Assembly (NCBI GenBank): GCA_017468435.1 | Contig: JAFUIP010000020.1 | Coordinates: 157-64,156 of the forward strand | Origin: Bacteroidales bacterium | Lineage (GTDB): Bacteria; Bacteroidota; Bacteroidia; Bacteroidales; UBA1402 | Direction: 5' to 3' | DNA length: 64,000 nucleotides | In this document: piece after piece, positions 29,805 through 39,992 of the stretch | Layout of the letters: each line of letters starts with the position of its first letter | How positions within the stretch are numbered: the first letter of the stretch is position 1 | Position numbers and translations under genes: made by a program | The notes under the pieces: generated by a model | Databases searched by the model: none | Seen by the model: the letters and a program-made list of their open reading frames with translations, nothing else | What the model was told of the DNA's origin: nothing

Positions 29805-31564
29805 TATTTGTTTTCAGGCAATTGGATATTCAGACAAAGTTCTTCCAACTGCGCCTCGTCAATCTGAGAAGGCGCATCGATCATGACATCACGGCCGGCA
29901 TTGTTCTTGGGGAAGGCAATGCAGTCGCGTATGCTGTCGAGTTCGGCAAACATGGAAACGATTCTGTCCAAACCGAAAGCCAAACCGGCGTGAGGAGGCG
30001 CACCATATTTGAAAGCATTGATGATACAACCGAACTGAGCCAAGGCCTTTTCTTCGGTGAAGCCCAAGAGTTTGAACATTCTGGCCTGCAATTCACTGTC
30101 GTGGATACGAACAGAACCGCCACCCAATTCCACACCATTGATAACGCAGTCGTAAGCCCATGAACGAACCTTGCCCTGGTCGGTATCGAGCAATGGAATA
30201 TCTTCGGGATTAGGCATGGTGAAGGGATGGTGGGTAGCATAGAAACGTTGGGTTTCTTCGTCCCATTCGAAGAGCGGGAAATCGACCACCCAAAGAGGTG
30301 CATACACCGAAGGATTGCGCAAACCGAGTTGTTCGGCCACTTCCAGACGCAAAGCGCAAAGTTGTTTCTGAGTCTTGCGCATCTGACCGCACATGATCAG
30401 CATCAAATCGCCGTTGGCAGCGCCGAAACGTTCCACCAAAGAAGCAATCACCTCGGGCGCGTAGAACTTGTCGATGCTCGACTTGATCTGACCTTGTTCG
30501 TCTTTCTTGATCCAGATAAGGCCCTGAGCACCAATCTGACTACGTTTTACAAAATCGGTAAGCTGATCTATTTGTTTGCGAGAATATGAGGCACATCCGG
30601 GGGCACAGATACCGGCCACGTAAGGCGCATGGTCGAACACTTGGAAATTGCCTTCGGGCAAGAGGTCTTTCAACTCCACGAACTTCATGCCGAAGCGGAT
30701 ATCAGGCTTGTCGCTACCATAATATTTCATGGCATCTTCCCAAGTCATGCGGGGAAAATCGCCTTCGAATTCTATGTTCTTGAGGGTCTTGAACAAATGT
30801 TTCATCAAACCTTCGAACATATTGATAACATCTTCCTGGTCGGCGTAAGACATTTCACAGTCGATCTGCGTAAATTCGGGCTGACGGTCGGCACGAAGGT
30901 CTTCATCGCGGAAGCACTTGACAATCTGGAAATAACGATCGAAGCCGGCCACCATGAGCAATTGCTTGAACTGCTGAGGAGACTGGGGCAAAGCGTAGAA
31001 TTGTCCGGGATTCATGCGAGAGGGCACCACAAAGTCGCGGGCACCTTCGGGCGTCGATTTGATAAGGAAAGGCGTTTCGATTTCCAAGAACTGCTGGCTG
31101 TCGAGATAACGACGGGTTTCGAAAGCCAACTTATGACGGAGCTCTAAGTTGCGACGCACACAAGGACGACGCAAATCGAGATAACGGTATTGCATGCGCA
31201 AATCGTCGCCGCCATCGGTTTTGTCTTCGATGGTGAAGGGAGGCAGAGCCGATTCGTTCAGCAATTGCAATTTGTTCACCACCAATTCCACATCACCGGT
31301 GTCAATTTTCGCATTCTTGCTTTCACGCTCGCGCACCAAGCCTTCTACCTGGATCACATATTCACGACCCAGATGATTGGCAGCTTCGGCCAAATCGGCC
31401 TGAAGGCTTTGGTCAAACACTAACTGGGTAAGGCCGTAACGGTCGCGCAAATCGACGAAGGTCATACCACCCATTTTTCTAAGTCGTTGTACCCAACCGG
31501 CCAAGGTTACTTGCTGGCCGAGATGACTGAGCCTGAGCTCTCCACAAGTATGCGTTCTGTACAT
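29804..31564 (-). CDS. aspS: Aspartate--tRNA ligase
   Basis: [56 protein letters not shown]; TACTTTTG promoter at 31611-31618. Confidence 0.98.
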   Translation of the reverse strand: MYRTHTCGELRLSHLGQQVTLAGWVQRLRKMGGMTFVDLRDRYGLTQLVFDQSLQADLAEAANHLGREYVIQVEGLVRERESKNAKIDTGDVELVVNKLQLLNESALPPFTIEDKTDGGDDLRMQYRYLDLRRPCVRRNLELRHKLAFETRRYLDSQQFLEIETPFLIKSTPEGARDFVVPSRMNPGQFYALPQSPQQFKQLLMVAGFDRYFQIVKCFRDEDLRADRQPEFTQIDCEMSYADQEDVINMFEGLMKHLFKTLKNIEFEGDFPRMTWEDAMKYYGSDKPDIRFGMKFVELKDLLPEGNFQVFDHAPYVAGICAPGCASYSRKQIDQLTDFVKRSQIGAQGLIWIKKDEQGQIKSSIDKFYAPEVIASLVERFGAANGDLMLIMCGQMRKTQKQLCALRLEVAEQLGLRNPSVYAPLWVVDFPLFEWDEETQRFYATHHPFTMPNPEDIPLLDTDQGKVRSWAYDCVINGVELGGGSVRIHDSELQARMFKLLGFTEEKALAQFGCIINAFKYGAPPHAGLAFGLDRIVSMFAELDSIRDCIAFPKNNAGRDVMIDAPSQIDEAQLEELCLNIQLPENK

Positions 31565-31803
31565 ATCTATTGATTTTTAGTTCGTTGTGAATGTCTATAC
31601 AAAGAAGATGCAAAAGTAGTCAATTATCCCCATAAATCATCACGAATACGAAGACTTTTTTAAGCCTGTTTCCAAAATATTTCAAGCCCCAAAAAATCTG
31701 TCTTCATCGGTAAAAAAATATCTTTCAGCCCTTTTCAAAGTCATAAAAATGGTTTTTCTTTGCATCTAATTATAGAAAACATCCAAATCTTTAATAACAT
31801 ATT

Positions 31804-34800
31804 ATGAATCAAGAAATTAAGAAAGTACTGGTCTTGGGTTCCGGCGCACTAAAAATCGGTCAGGCAGGCGAATTCGACTACTCTGGCTCACAGGCACTGA
31901 AGGCTTTGCGCGAAGAAGGTATCAAATCTGTGTTGGTAAATCCTAACATTGCTACCATACAGACATCTGACGGTATTGCTGATACCGTTTATTTTTTGCC
32001 CGTCAATACCTACTTTGTAGAAAAGATTATTGAAAAAGAACGTCCCGATGGCATCTTGCTTGCGTTCGGTGGCCAGACAGCCTTGAACTGCGGTACAGAA
32101 TTATATACGCAAGGCATCTTGGAAAAATATGGCGTCAAAGTATTGGGAACCTCGGTAGAAGCCATCATGTACACCGAAGACCGTGACCTTTTCGTCAAAA
32201 AACTGGACGAGATCGGCATGAAGACACCTGTAAGCCAGGCTGTTGAAACCATGGAAGATGCCAAAAAAGCGGCCGAAGCCATCGGTTTCCCTGTCATGAT
32301 TCGTTCGGCTTATGCTTTGGGAGGCTTGGGTAGCGGCATCTGCACCAATCCCGAAGAATTCACTGCTTTGGCAGAACAGGCCTTCTCTTTCTCCAATCAG
32401 ATTTTGGTAGAAGAATCCCTGAAAGGTTGGAAAGAAATCGAATTCGAAGTCATCCGCGACAAGAACGACCATTGCTTTACGGTGGCCAATATGGAAAACG
32501 TCGATCCTCTGGGCATCCACACGGGTGAATCTATCGTAGTGGCTCCTACCTGCTCTTTGGACCAGACCGAACTCGACCTCTTGATTGATATTTCGAAAAG
32601 AACCATCCGTCACTTGGGCATTGTGGGCGAATGTAACATTCAGTATGCCTTCAACTCCGAAACAGACGACTATCGTATCATCGAAGTAAATGCTCGTCTG
32701 AGCCGCTCTTCTGCGTTGGCATCCAAGGCTACCGGTTATCCATTGGCTTTCGTGGCTGCCAAGTTGGCCTTGGGTTATGGTTTGGATGAAATAGGTGAAA
32801 TGGGTACGCCCAATTCTGCTTATGTCGCTCCTCAACTCGACTACATGATCTGTAAGATTCCTCGTTGGGACTTGACCAAGTTCGTGGGCGTTTCTCGTGA
32901 AATCGGTTCATCCATGAAGTCTGTGGGCGAAATCATGTCTATCGGTAAATCTTTCGAAGAAATCTTGCAGAAGGGTTTGCGTATGATCGGACAGGGCATG
33001 CATGGTTTTGTAGGAAACAGAGACATCACTTTTGAAGATTTGGATTACGAATTGTCTCATCCTTCCGACTTACGTATTTTTGCTTTGGCAGAAGCTTTGG
33101 AACAGGGTTACACCATCGAACGTATCCATGAATTGACCAAGATTTCTACCTGGTTCATCGAAAAGATGAAGAACATCTGCGATTATACCAAGGTGTTGGC
33201 GCAATACGAACATATCGAAGACCTGCCCGCGGACGTTTTGCTCGAAGCCAAGCGTCTTGGATTCTCCGACTTCCAGATTGCCCGTTACGTGGAAGATCCT
33301 CAAGGAAATCTCGAAAAAGAATTGTTGCGCGTGCGCACCTATCGTAAGAAAAAGGGCGTGTTGCCTTCTGTAAAACGCATCGAAACGGTGGCTTCGGAAC
33401 ATCCCGAACTGACCAATTATCTCTATATGACCTACGACGGCAGCGATCACGATATTCCTTATTATAAGAATGAAAAGTCTGTCATTGTATTGGGTTCTGG
33501 TGCTTACCGCATCGGTAGTAGCGTAGAATTCGACTGGTGTTCGGTGAATGCCATTCAGACGGCACATAAATTGGGTTACAAATCCATCATGATCAACTAT
33601 AACCCCGAAACGGTATCAACCGACTACGATATGTGCGACCGTCTGTACTTCGACGAACTGAGCTTCGAACGCGTACTCGACGTTATCGACTTGGAACAGC
33701 CTAAGGGTGTCATTGTTTCCGTGGGTGGCCAGATCCCCAACAACTTGGCCATGAAGTTGCATCGTCAGTCTGTGCCCATTCTGGGAACCTCTCCCCTGTC
33801 TATCGACCGCGCTGAAAATCGTAATAAATTCTCGGCCATGCTCGACCAATTGGATATAGACCAGCCTGCTTGGAAGGAGCTGACCAGTCTGGAAGACATC
33901 AAGAGCTTTATCGACAAGGTTGGTTATCCGGTTTTGGTTCGTCCTTCATACGTACTTTCGGGCGCCGCCATGAATGTTTGCTACGACAACGAAGCCCTTG
34001 AAAACTTCTTGCAAATGGCCGTTCAGGTTTCGAAAGAATATCCCGTGGTGGTTTCAAAATTCTTGCAAAATGCCAAGGAAATCGAATTTGATGCCGTAGC
34101 CGATAAGGGCGAAGTGATTGAATACGCCATTTCCGAACATATTGAATTTGCCGGCGTTCACTCAGGAGACGCCACCATGTGTTTCCCTGCGCAGAAGATT
34201 TATTTCGAAACCGCTCGCCGTATCAAGAAAATCAGTAGAAAGATTGCCAAGGAATTGAACATCAGCGGCCCGTTCAATATCCAATTCCTCGCCAAGAACA
34301 ACGAAGTTAAAGTAATCGAATGTAACTTGCGTGCTTCAAGAAGTTTCCCCTTTGTATCGAAGGTTCTGAAGCGCAACTTTATCGAAACAGCCACTCGCAT
34401 TATGCTGGAAGCTCCTTATACCAAGCCCGACAAGAATGCTTTCGATATCGATTGGATTGGCGTGAAGGCTTCACAATTCTCGTTCTCGCGCTTGCACAAG
34501 GCAGACCCCGTTTTGGGCGTGGACATGTCTTCTACCGGCGAAGTTGGTTGCATCGGTGACGACTTCAACGAAGCATTGATCAATGCCATGTTGGCCACCG
34601 GATTCAAAATCCCTTCAAAGGAGAAAGCCATCATGGTATCTTCGGGCACCAGTAAGTCGAAAGTGGATTTGCTCGATGCTTGCAAAATGCTGAGCGAAAG
34701 CGGCTACAAGATTTATGCCACGGCCGGAACCCAGCAGTTCTTGAAAGATCATAACATTGAAGCCCAAATGGTTCGTTGGCCGGATGAAAGCCATGGCAGC

Positions 34801-35034
34801 GAAACCGACCAGATTCTGGATAAGATTTCGCAACATGCTTTCGATTTGATCATCAACATTCCCAAGGACTTGACCAAGCGAGAACTGACCAATGGTTACC
34901 GTATCCGTCGTGCCGCCATCGATCATAACACGCCGCTCATCACGAATGCCCGTCTGGCAGCCGCCTTTATCGAAGCCTTCTGCACCATGAGCGCCGATGA
35001 CATCCAAATCAAGAGCTGGCAAGAATACGAATAA
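31804..35034 (+). CDS. carB: Carbamoyl-phosphate synthase large subunit
   Basis: IGQAGEFDYSGSQA, two ATP-grasp domains (EVNARLSRSSALASKATGYP; ECNLRASRSFPF), MGS C-terminus. Confidence 0.98.
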   Translation: MNQEIKKVLVLGSGALKIGQAGEFDYSGSQALKALREEGIKSVLVNPNIATIQTSDGIADTVYFLPVNTYFVEKIIEKERPDGILLAFGGQTALNCGTELYTQGILEKYGVKVLGTSVEAIMYTEDRDLFVKKLDEIGMKTPVSQAVETMEDAKKAAEAIGFPVMIRSAYALGGLGSGICTNPEEFTALAEQAFSFSNQILVEESLKGWKEIEFEVIRDKNDHCFTVANMENVDPLGIHTGESIVVAPTCSLDQTELDLLIDISKRTIRHLGIVGECNIQYAFNSETDDYRIIEVNARLSRSSALASKATGYPLAFVAAKLALGYGLDEIGEMGTPNSAYVAPQLDYMICKIPRWDLTKFVGVSREIGSSMKSVGEIMSIGKSFEEILQKGLRMIGQGMHGFVGNRDITFEDLDYELSHPSDLRIFALAEALEQGYTIERIHELTKISTWFIEKMKNICDYTKVLAQYEHIEDLPADVLLEAKRLGFSDFQIARYVEDPQGNLEKELLRVRTYRKKKGVLPSVKRIETVASEHPELTNYLYMTYDGSDHDIPYYKNEKSVIVLGSGAYRIGSSVEFDWCSVNAIQTAHKLGYKSIMINYNPETVSTDYDMCDRLYFDELSFERVLDVIDLEQPKGVIVSVGGQIPNNLAMKLHRQSVPILGTSPLSIDRAENRNKFSAMLDQLDIDQPAWKELTSLEDIKSFIDKVGYPVLVRPSYVLSGAAMNVCYDNEALENFLQMAVQVSKEYPVVVSKFLQNAKEIEFDAVADKGEVIEYAISEHIEFAGVHSGDATMCFPAQKIYFETARRIKKISRKIAKELNISGPFNIQFLAKNNEVKVIECNLRASRSFPFVSKVLKRNFIETATRIMLEAPYTKPDKNAFDIDWIGVKASQFSFSRLHKADPVLGVDMSSTGEVGCIGDDFNEALINAMLATGFKIPSKEKAIMVSSGTSKSKVDLLDACKMLSESGYKIYATAGTQQFLKDHNIEAQMVRWPDESHGSETDQILDKISQHAFDLIINIPKDLTKRELTNGYRIRRAAIDHNTPLITNARLAAAFIEAFCTMSADDIQIKSWQEYE

Positions 35035-35063
35035 TAGGAATTTTCACAACACGATAAGATATT

Positions 35064-36470
35064 ATGGGTGGATTTTTTGGAACGATTTCTAAAACATCGT
35101 GTGTCAATGACCTGTTTTACGGTACTGACTATAATTCTCATTTAGGCACCAAACGTGGTGGTATGGCCACCTTCAACGAAGGTAAATTCAAACGCTCCAT
35201 TCACAGCTTGGAGAATTCTTATTTTCGTTCGAAATTTGAAGAAGAGTTACCTGAATTCAGTGGCAATTCTGGAATCGGCATCATCAGCGATACCGATTCT
35301 CAGCCTATTGTCATCAATTCGTATTTAGGCAAATTCGCCATCGTTACGGTGGCCTGCATCAACAATATCGCGGAGCTGGAAAAGGAACTGCTCGAAAAGG
35401 GCAACCACTTTGCCGAACTCAGTTCGGGCAACACCAACCCGACGGAACTTATTGCCATGTTGATTACCGAAGGCAAAACCTACAAAGAAGGTATCGAGAA
35501 TGTTTACAACAAGGTAAAGGGTTCTTGTTCCATGCTTTTGTTGACGGAAGATGGCATCATCGTGGCTCGTGACAAATTCGGCCGTACACCGGTTGCTTTG
35601 GCTCGCAAAGAAGGAGCCATGGCTGTTTCGAGTGACACTTGCGCTTTCCCCAACCTTGGTTTCGAGTTGGAGTATCACGTTGGCCCCGGAGAAATTGTCA
35701 TGCTGAATGCCGATGGTTTTACGCAGTTGCGTCCTGCCAATAAGCGCAAACAAGTATGCTCTTTCATGTGGGTTTACTTCGGATATCCTGTTTCGGACTA
35801 CGAAGGCATCAATGTAGATTCGGCTCGTTATCGTTGTGGCATTGGTCTTGGCAAAACGGATGATACCGACATAGATACCGTTTCTGGTATTCCCGATTCG
35901 GGCATAGGTGTAGGACTGGGTTATTCAGAAATACGCAATCGTCCTTATCGTCGGGCGGTGATCAAATACACGCCTACATGGCCACGCAGCTTTACTCCCA
36001 GTGACCAGTCGCGTCGTGCCTTGGTTGCCAAGATGAAACTAATGGCCAACCGCTCGCTGCTCGATGGCAAACGCGTGGTCTTCACCGACGACTCCATCGT
36101 TCGCGGCACCCAGCTCAAGGACAATGTAGCGGTGCTTTATCAATACGGAGCCAAGGAAGTTCACATGCGCATCGGGTGTCCGCCCATTTTGTACTCTTGT
36201 CCTTTCTTGAAATTCTCTGCCTCCAAGAGCGATTTGGAATTGATCACTCGCAGGAAAATTCAGGAAATGGAAGGTAGTCACGACAAAAACCTGGAACTCT
36301 ATGCACAAGAAGGCAGCGAACATTACAATCGTCTGGTAGAATCTATCCGCAAGCAGTTCGACATCACCACTTTGAAGTTCAGCACGCTGGATAACTTGGT
36401 GAAAGCCATTGGAATACCCAAGGAAGACCTCTGTACGCACTGCTTCGATGGCTCCAGCTATTTTGAGTAA
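35064..36470 (+). CDS. purF: Amidophosphoribosyltransferase-like protein lacking the N-terminal Cys nucleophile
   Basis: PRPP loop DDSIVRGT, GIPDSG, Fe-S cysteines (CSF, CPF, CTHC); N-terminus MGGFFG instead of MCG. Confidence 0.88.
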   Translation: MGGFFGTISKTSCVNDLFYGTDYNSHLGTKRGGMATFNEGKFKRSIHSLENSYFRSKFEEELPEFSGNSGIGIISDTDSQPIVINSYLGKFAIVTVACINNIAELEKELLEKGNHFAELSSGNTNPTELIAMLITEGKTYKEGIENVYNKVKGSCSMLLLTEDGIIVARDKFGRTPVALARKEGAMAVSSDTCAFPNLGFELEYHVGPGEIVMLNADGFTQLRPANKRKQVCSFMWVYFGYPVSDYEGINVDSARYRCGIGLGKTDDTDIDTVSGIPDSGIGVGLGYSEIRNRPYRRAVIKYTPTWPRSFTPSDQSRRALVAKMKLMANRSLLDGKRVVFTDDSIVRGTQLKDNVAVLYQYGAKEVHMRIGCPPILYSCPFLKFSASKSDLELITRRKIQEMEGSHDKNLELYAQEGSEHYNRLVESIRKQFDITTLKFSTLDNLVKAIGIPKEDLCTHCFDGSSYFE

Positions 36471-36533
36471 AATTTACCGGAATCGTTTGGCTGTCTCAAC
36501 TAAAAGTAGTACTTTTGCACCCGTTGTTGAAAA

Positions 36534-36607
36534 CGGGGTGTAGCACAGTTGGTTAGCGCACCTGGTTTGGGACCAGGAGGTCCCCCGTTCGAGTCGGGGT
36601 ACCCCGA
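36534..36607 (+). tRNA. tRNA-Pro(TGG)
   Basis: CGGGGTG...CCTGG-TTTGGGA-CCAGG...GTTCGAGT...TACCCCGA cloverleaf; TACTTTTG promoter at 36510-36517. Confidence 0.95.
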
Positions 36608-36617
36608 CAACAGAAAC

Positions 36618-36655
36618 AAGAAGCCGTGTCAGAAAGTTGATGCGGCTTCTTCTTT
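36618..36655 (+). terminator. Terminator after tRNA-Pro, overlapping 3' end of convergent ORF
   Basis: AAGAAGCCGTGTCA-GAAAGT-TGATGCGGCTTCTT followed by CTTT. Confidence 0.7.
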
Positions 36656-37210
36656 GTATGCAGTCCATGCTTGACGCAAGGCAAAACTGATTCGCTTAGA
36701 CACCGGACGCGAAGGTTCGAACACCAAAGGCGCATAGATGTAATCTTCTTCCATGTCGGGATAAAACAGTATCTTATAGTGATCGTCGTCCTTCTTGTTC
36801 GGTGTCTGCAAAACTATCCCCAGGCGTAAAAGTTCACCCACAGGGGCTTCTACCAAATCGCCCTCCAAAAAAGCTGTCACAATCATAGATTCGCCGTAAG
36901 CCGAACCATCTTCGCAAACCTTCATTTGTTCTTTCAACAAGCCCTGGGGCGAATAAACCCGGGTAGAAAGTTTCTTGGGATACATACAGTCAAGTTCATA
37001 CTCATCCAAAAGCAAGCAGTACAATTCCATCGAAGCATCTTGAGAATCGTATAAAAAATGATAAGCCTCCTGATAGCGGGAAACTGCATTTTCAGCCTCG
37101 TCCATATCGGAGAAATAAAGGCTCAGACCTTGTCGCAACAGAGGTTCCGGTTCACAACTGCGGTCTAAGTTCAAAGCGTTTAGTACAAAAAGAGATGTAG
37201 AAGGTGTCAT
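36629..37210 (-). CDS. Hypothetical protein
   Basis: 193 aa acidic ORF with TATATTTG element just upstream (37228-37235); no recognised domain. Confidence 0.7.
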   Translation of the reverse strand: MTPSTSLFVLNALNLDRSCEPEPLLRQGLSLYFSDMDEAENAVSRYQEAYHFLYDSQDASMELYCLLLDEYELDCMYPKKLSTRVYSPQGLLKEQMKVCEDGSAYGESMIVTAFLEGDLVEAPVGELLRLGIVLQTPNKKDDDHYKILFYPDMEEDYIYAPLVFEPSRPVSKRISFALRQAWTAYKEEAASTF

Positions 37211-37333
37211 TGGTATTTCGTTTACGACAAATATATAACCATCGGGAAGCCTTTTCCCAACACCCTCAGTTCATCTTATACACTTTCAGTACAAGAATCT
37301 ATACTTTAAGGAAAGTTTTGAAAAAAATGATGC

Positions 37334-38098
37334 TCAATCGCGGGTCAAGCGGAAAATAATGGGCAACAACCAAGCACATCTAACGGCTTCTCCCTTATAA
37401 ATGGCAGGCTGCATGGGAGGAATATTACCCACCATACGAAGTGCTTCAAAATCGAGAGAGCCCGCATCGCTGGCATTCAGATAACCGGTAGCGATGTAGC
37501 CTTCCTCATCGACGGTAAACTGAACCATGATCTTGCCCTGCAATCTTTCTTGCATGGCATCTTTCGGATACTGAAGTTCGTCGGCCAAGAATTGCAACAA
37601 GCCTTGTTCACCACCCTGAGGCACAGCGGCTTTATCGGGGTTGGCATACACGATTTCGTCTTCGCTCAAATGGGTTTTCACACTGCCGTCCTTGGAAATA
37701 TAAAACGACTGGATATACACCTTATCGCGATATTCTTTCGAGAATTTCAACTGATTACGCAAACTCATCATTGCCTTGCGAGCCGCCTTGTCGATTTCCG
37801 GACAAAGACCTTTCACCACATGCACGTGAGAAATACGGCCCAGGCCATACACACTGAATCGAATCACGATGCGGCCTTCGTACAAGAGGGGCTCGTCGCT
37901 GGGGTAATTCAGCAATTTATCCATGGTCTTGGCCACTTTCGCACCAAATTCTTCGGGATTCTTTATTTCAGGATATTCAAAAGCCGCATAAAAAGCATCG
38001 TTCACCTGAGAATGCAACTTCATGTGATTTCCATCTACCTGCGCAGAAAGCGCGAAGACAGCTAATAAGCAAGAGATTAAAAGGCTCAGTCTTTTCAT
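37334..38098 (-). CDS. TonB C-terminal domain protein (two TonB_C-like domains)
   Basis: Signal peptide (MKRLSLL); YP...EGRIVIRFSV and LQYPKDA...QGKIMVQFTVDEEG...PA...G..V. Confidence 0.82.
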   Translation of the reverse strand: MKRLSLLISCLLAVFALSAQVDGNHMKLHSQVNDAFYAAFEYPEIKNPEEFGAKVAKTMDKLLNYPSDEPLLYEGRIVIRFSVYGLGRISHVHVVKGLCPEIDKAARKAMMSLRNQLKFSKEYRDKVYIQSFYISKDGSVKTHLSEDEIVYANPDKAAVPQGGEQGLLQFLADELQYPKDAMQERLQGKIMVQFTVDEEGYIATGYLNASDAGSLDFEALRMVGNIPPMQPAIYKGEAVRCAWLLPIIFRLTRD

Positions 38099-38131
38099 AA
38101 TTCGTTTCAGTTTTTGCAGCCGTAAAGGTAT

Positions 38132-38167
38132 AAAAAAACAGGGAACAAGCAAGACTGCTTATTCCCT
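38132..38167 (-). terminator. ilvC terminator
   Basis: AGGGAATAAGCA-GTCT-TGCTTGTTCCCT-GTTTTTTT on minus strand. Confidence 0.8.
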
Positions 38168-38187
38168 ATTCTATGTTAATTTACAAA

Positions 38188-39231
38188 TCAATTGTTTTCG
38201 GGGCGCAATTGGCGAACCACGGCGCCGGCCTGCCACATTTCGCTTTCACGAAGTGCTTTCAGTTCGGCTTCCAAACCAACGCGATAATCGGGCTTAGAAT
38301 TGCTGTCGATAGAGATTTGAGCTTCGTTGCCCGACTTCACACTTTCGTAAAGTTTCTGAACCACAGGCTTGATGGCATCGTGGAAAGGACCCATCCAGTC
38401 GAGAGCGCCACGCTGTGCGGTGGTAGAGCAGTTGGCATACATCCAATCCATACCGTTTTTGGCAAACAGAGGCATGAGCGACTGAGTCAATTCTTCTACG
38501 GTTTCGTTGAAAGCCTCAGAAGGCGTATGACCGTTTTCGCGCAACACTTCGTATTGAGCCAAAAGCAAACCTTGGATGGCACCCATCAGAGAGCCACGTT
38601 CGCCGGTCAGATCGGAAGTTGCTTCGCGAATGAAAGTGGTTTCAAACATATAACCCGAACCTATACCAATACCCAAAGCCAAGGTTCTATCCATAGCCTT
38701 GCCGGTAACATCCTGATAAATAGCGTATGATGAGTTCAAGCCACGACCTTCGAGAAACATGGTACGAAGCGAAGTACCGGAGCCTTTGGGAGCCACCATG
38801 ATAACGTCAACATCGGCAGGAGGCACCACGCCGGTACGATCGTTCCAAGTAATGGCAAAACCATGAGAAAAATACAAAGCCTTTCCGGGCGTAAGATATT
38901 GCTTGATGCTGGGCCATACAGACATCACGGCAGCGTCAGACAACAGACACATGATGATGCTGGCCTTCTGACAAGCCTCTTCGATAGAAAACAAGGTTTC
39001 TCCGGGTACCCAACCATCGGCAACAGCCTTTTCGTATGTTTTTCCGGCACGCTGGCCCACAATCACATTGAAACCATTATCTCTGAGATTCAAGGACTGA
39101 CCTGGACCTTGTACGCCGTATCCGATAACAGCGATGGTTTCGTCTTTCAATACATCCAATGCTTTTTCCAAAGGAAATTCTTCGCGAGTGATAACGGTTT
39201 CTTCTACACCGCCAAAATTCAATTTTGCCAT
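38188..39231 (-). CDS. ilvC: Ketol-acid reductoisomerase
   Basis: VIGYGVQGPGQSLNLRD, FSHGF, MVAPKGSG, SDLTGERG; own TAACTTTG promoter at 39322-39329. Confidence 0.97.
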   Translation of the reverse strand: MAKLNFGGVEETVITREEFPLEKALDVLKDETIAVIGYGVQGPGQSLNLRDNGFNVIVGQRAGKTYEKAVADGWVPGETLFSIEEACQKASIIMCLLSDAAVMSVWPSIKQYLTPGKALYFSHGFAITWNDRTGVVPPADVDVIMVAPKGSGTSLRTMFLEGRGLNSSYAIYQDVTGKAMDRTLALGIGIGSGYMFETTFIREATSDLTGERGSLMGAIQGLLLAQYEVLRENGHTPSEAFNETVEELTQSLMPLFAKNGMDWMYANCSTTAQRGALDWMGPFHDAIKPVVQKLYESVKSGNEAQISIDSNSKPDYRVGLEAELKALRESEMWQAGAVVRQLRPENN

Positions 39232-39439
39232 TTTATTCTGATTTAAACTATTAATTATTTCTGTTTATTTTAATGATTATGCATAAACAACCATAAATAT
39301 TCATTATTTATACAAGCGTCGCAAAGTTAATACAAAACTCACGAAATATGCTGTATTTGACATATTATTTTATACATCGATTCTATTTTACGCATGGAAA
39401 AATTTATGCAATGTTGTAAATATACAATATAAATACAAA

Positions 39440-39991
39440 TTATTCCGAGCATAGGCTGCGACGACGCGATTCCACTTCTTCCAGGAAAGCACTGACACGT
39501 TCTTCGGTTGACTTGGTGATAGCGATACGACCTGAACGCACAAACTGCAGAATGCCAGAAGGTTTCAAATCGGCATGCAAAGCCTCGATTTCTTCGGTAT
39601 GACCGCTCTGCTCTATGACCGAATACTCGCGTGTCACTTCCAAGATACGGGCATTGTACTTACGTACCATAGTCTCTACATCGTTGTTTTCGAGCAGGGT
39701 TTCAGTAGATACTTTATACAAGGCAACTTCTTGAAAGATAATCTCTTCATCCGTGTAATAGAAGGCCTTCAGAATATCAATGCGACGCTCAATCTGACGC
39801 ACGATTTTCGAAATGGTGTCTTCGTCGGTTTCAGCCGTGATGGTAAACTTGTGCACGCCCGGAATGGCCGAACGCGACACTGTCAAACTCTCAATATTCA
39901 CCTGACGACGCGTAAAGACAATGGTCACCTGATTCAACAGACCCACTTGGTTTTCGGAATAAACCGTTACGGTATATAATTTCTTTTCCAT
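39440..39991 (-). CDS. ilvN: Acetolactate synthase small subunit
   Basis: ACT domain ENQVGLL...FTRRQVNIESLTVS; FVRSGRIA. Confidence 0.95.
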   Translation of the reverse strand: MEKKLYTVTVYSENQVGLLNQVTIVFTRRQVNIESLTVSRSAIPGVHKFTITAETDEDTISKIVRQIERRIDILKAFYYTDEEIIFQEVALYKVSTETLLENNDVETMVRKYNARILEVTREYSVIEQSGHTEEIEALHADLKPSGILQFVRSGRIAITKSTEERVSAFLEEVESRRRSLCSE

Positions 39992-39992
39992 C

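Noticed and set aside
39356-39366. TTTGACATATT matches the reverse complement of the end of the first spacer
   Set aside because: Only 11 nt in AT-rich DNA; expected by chance and not a protospacer.
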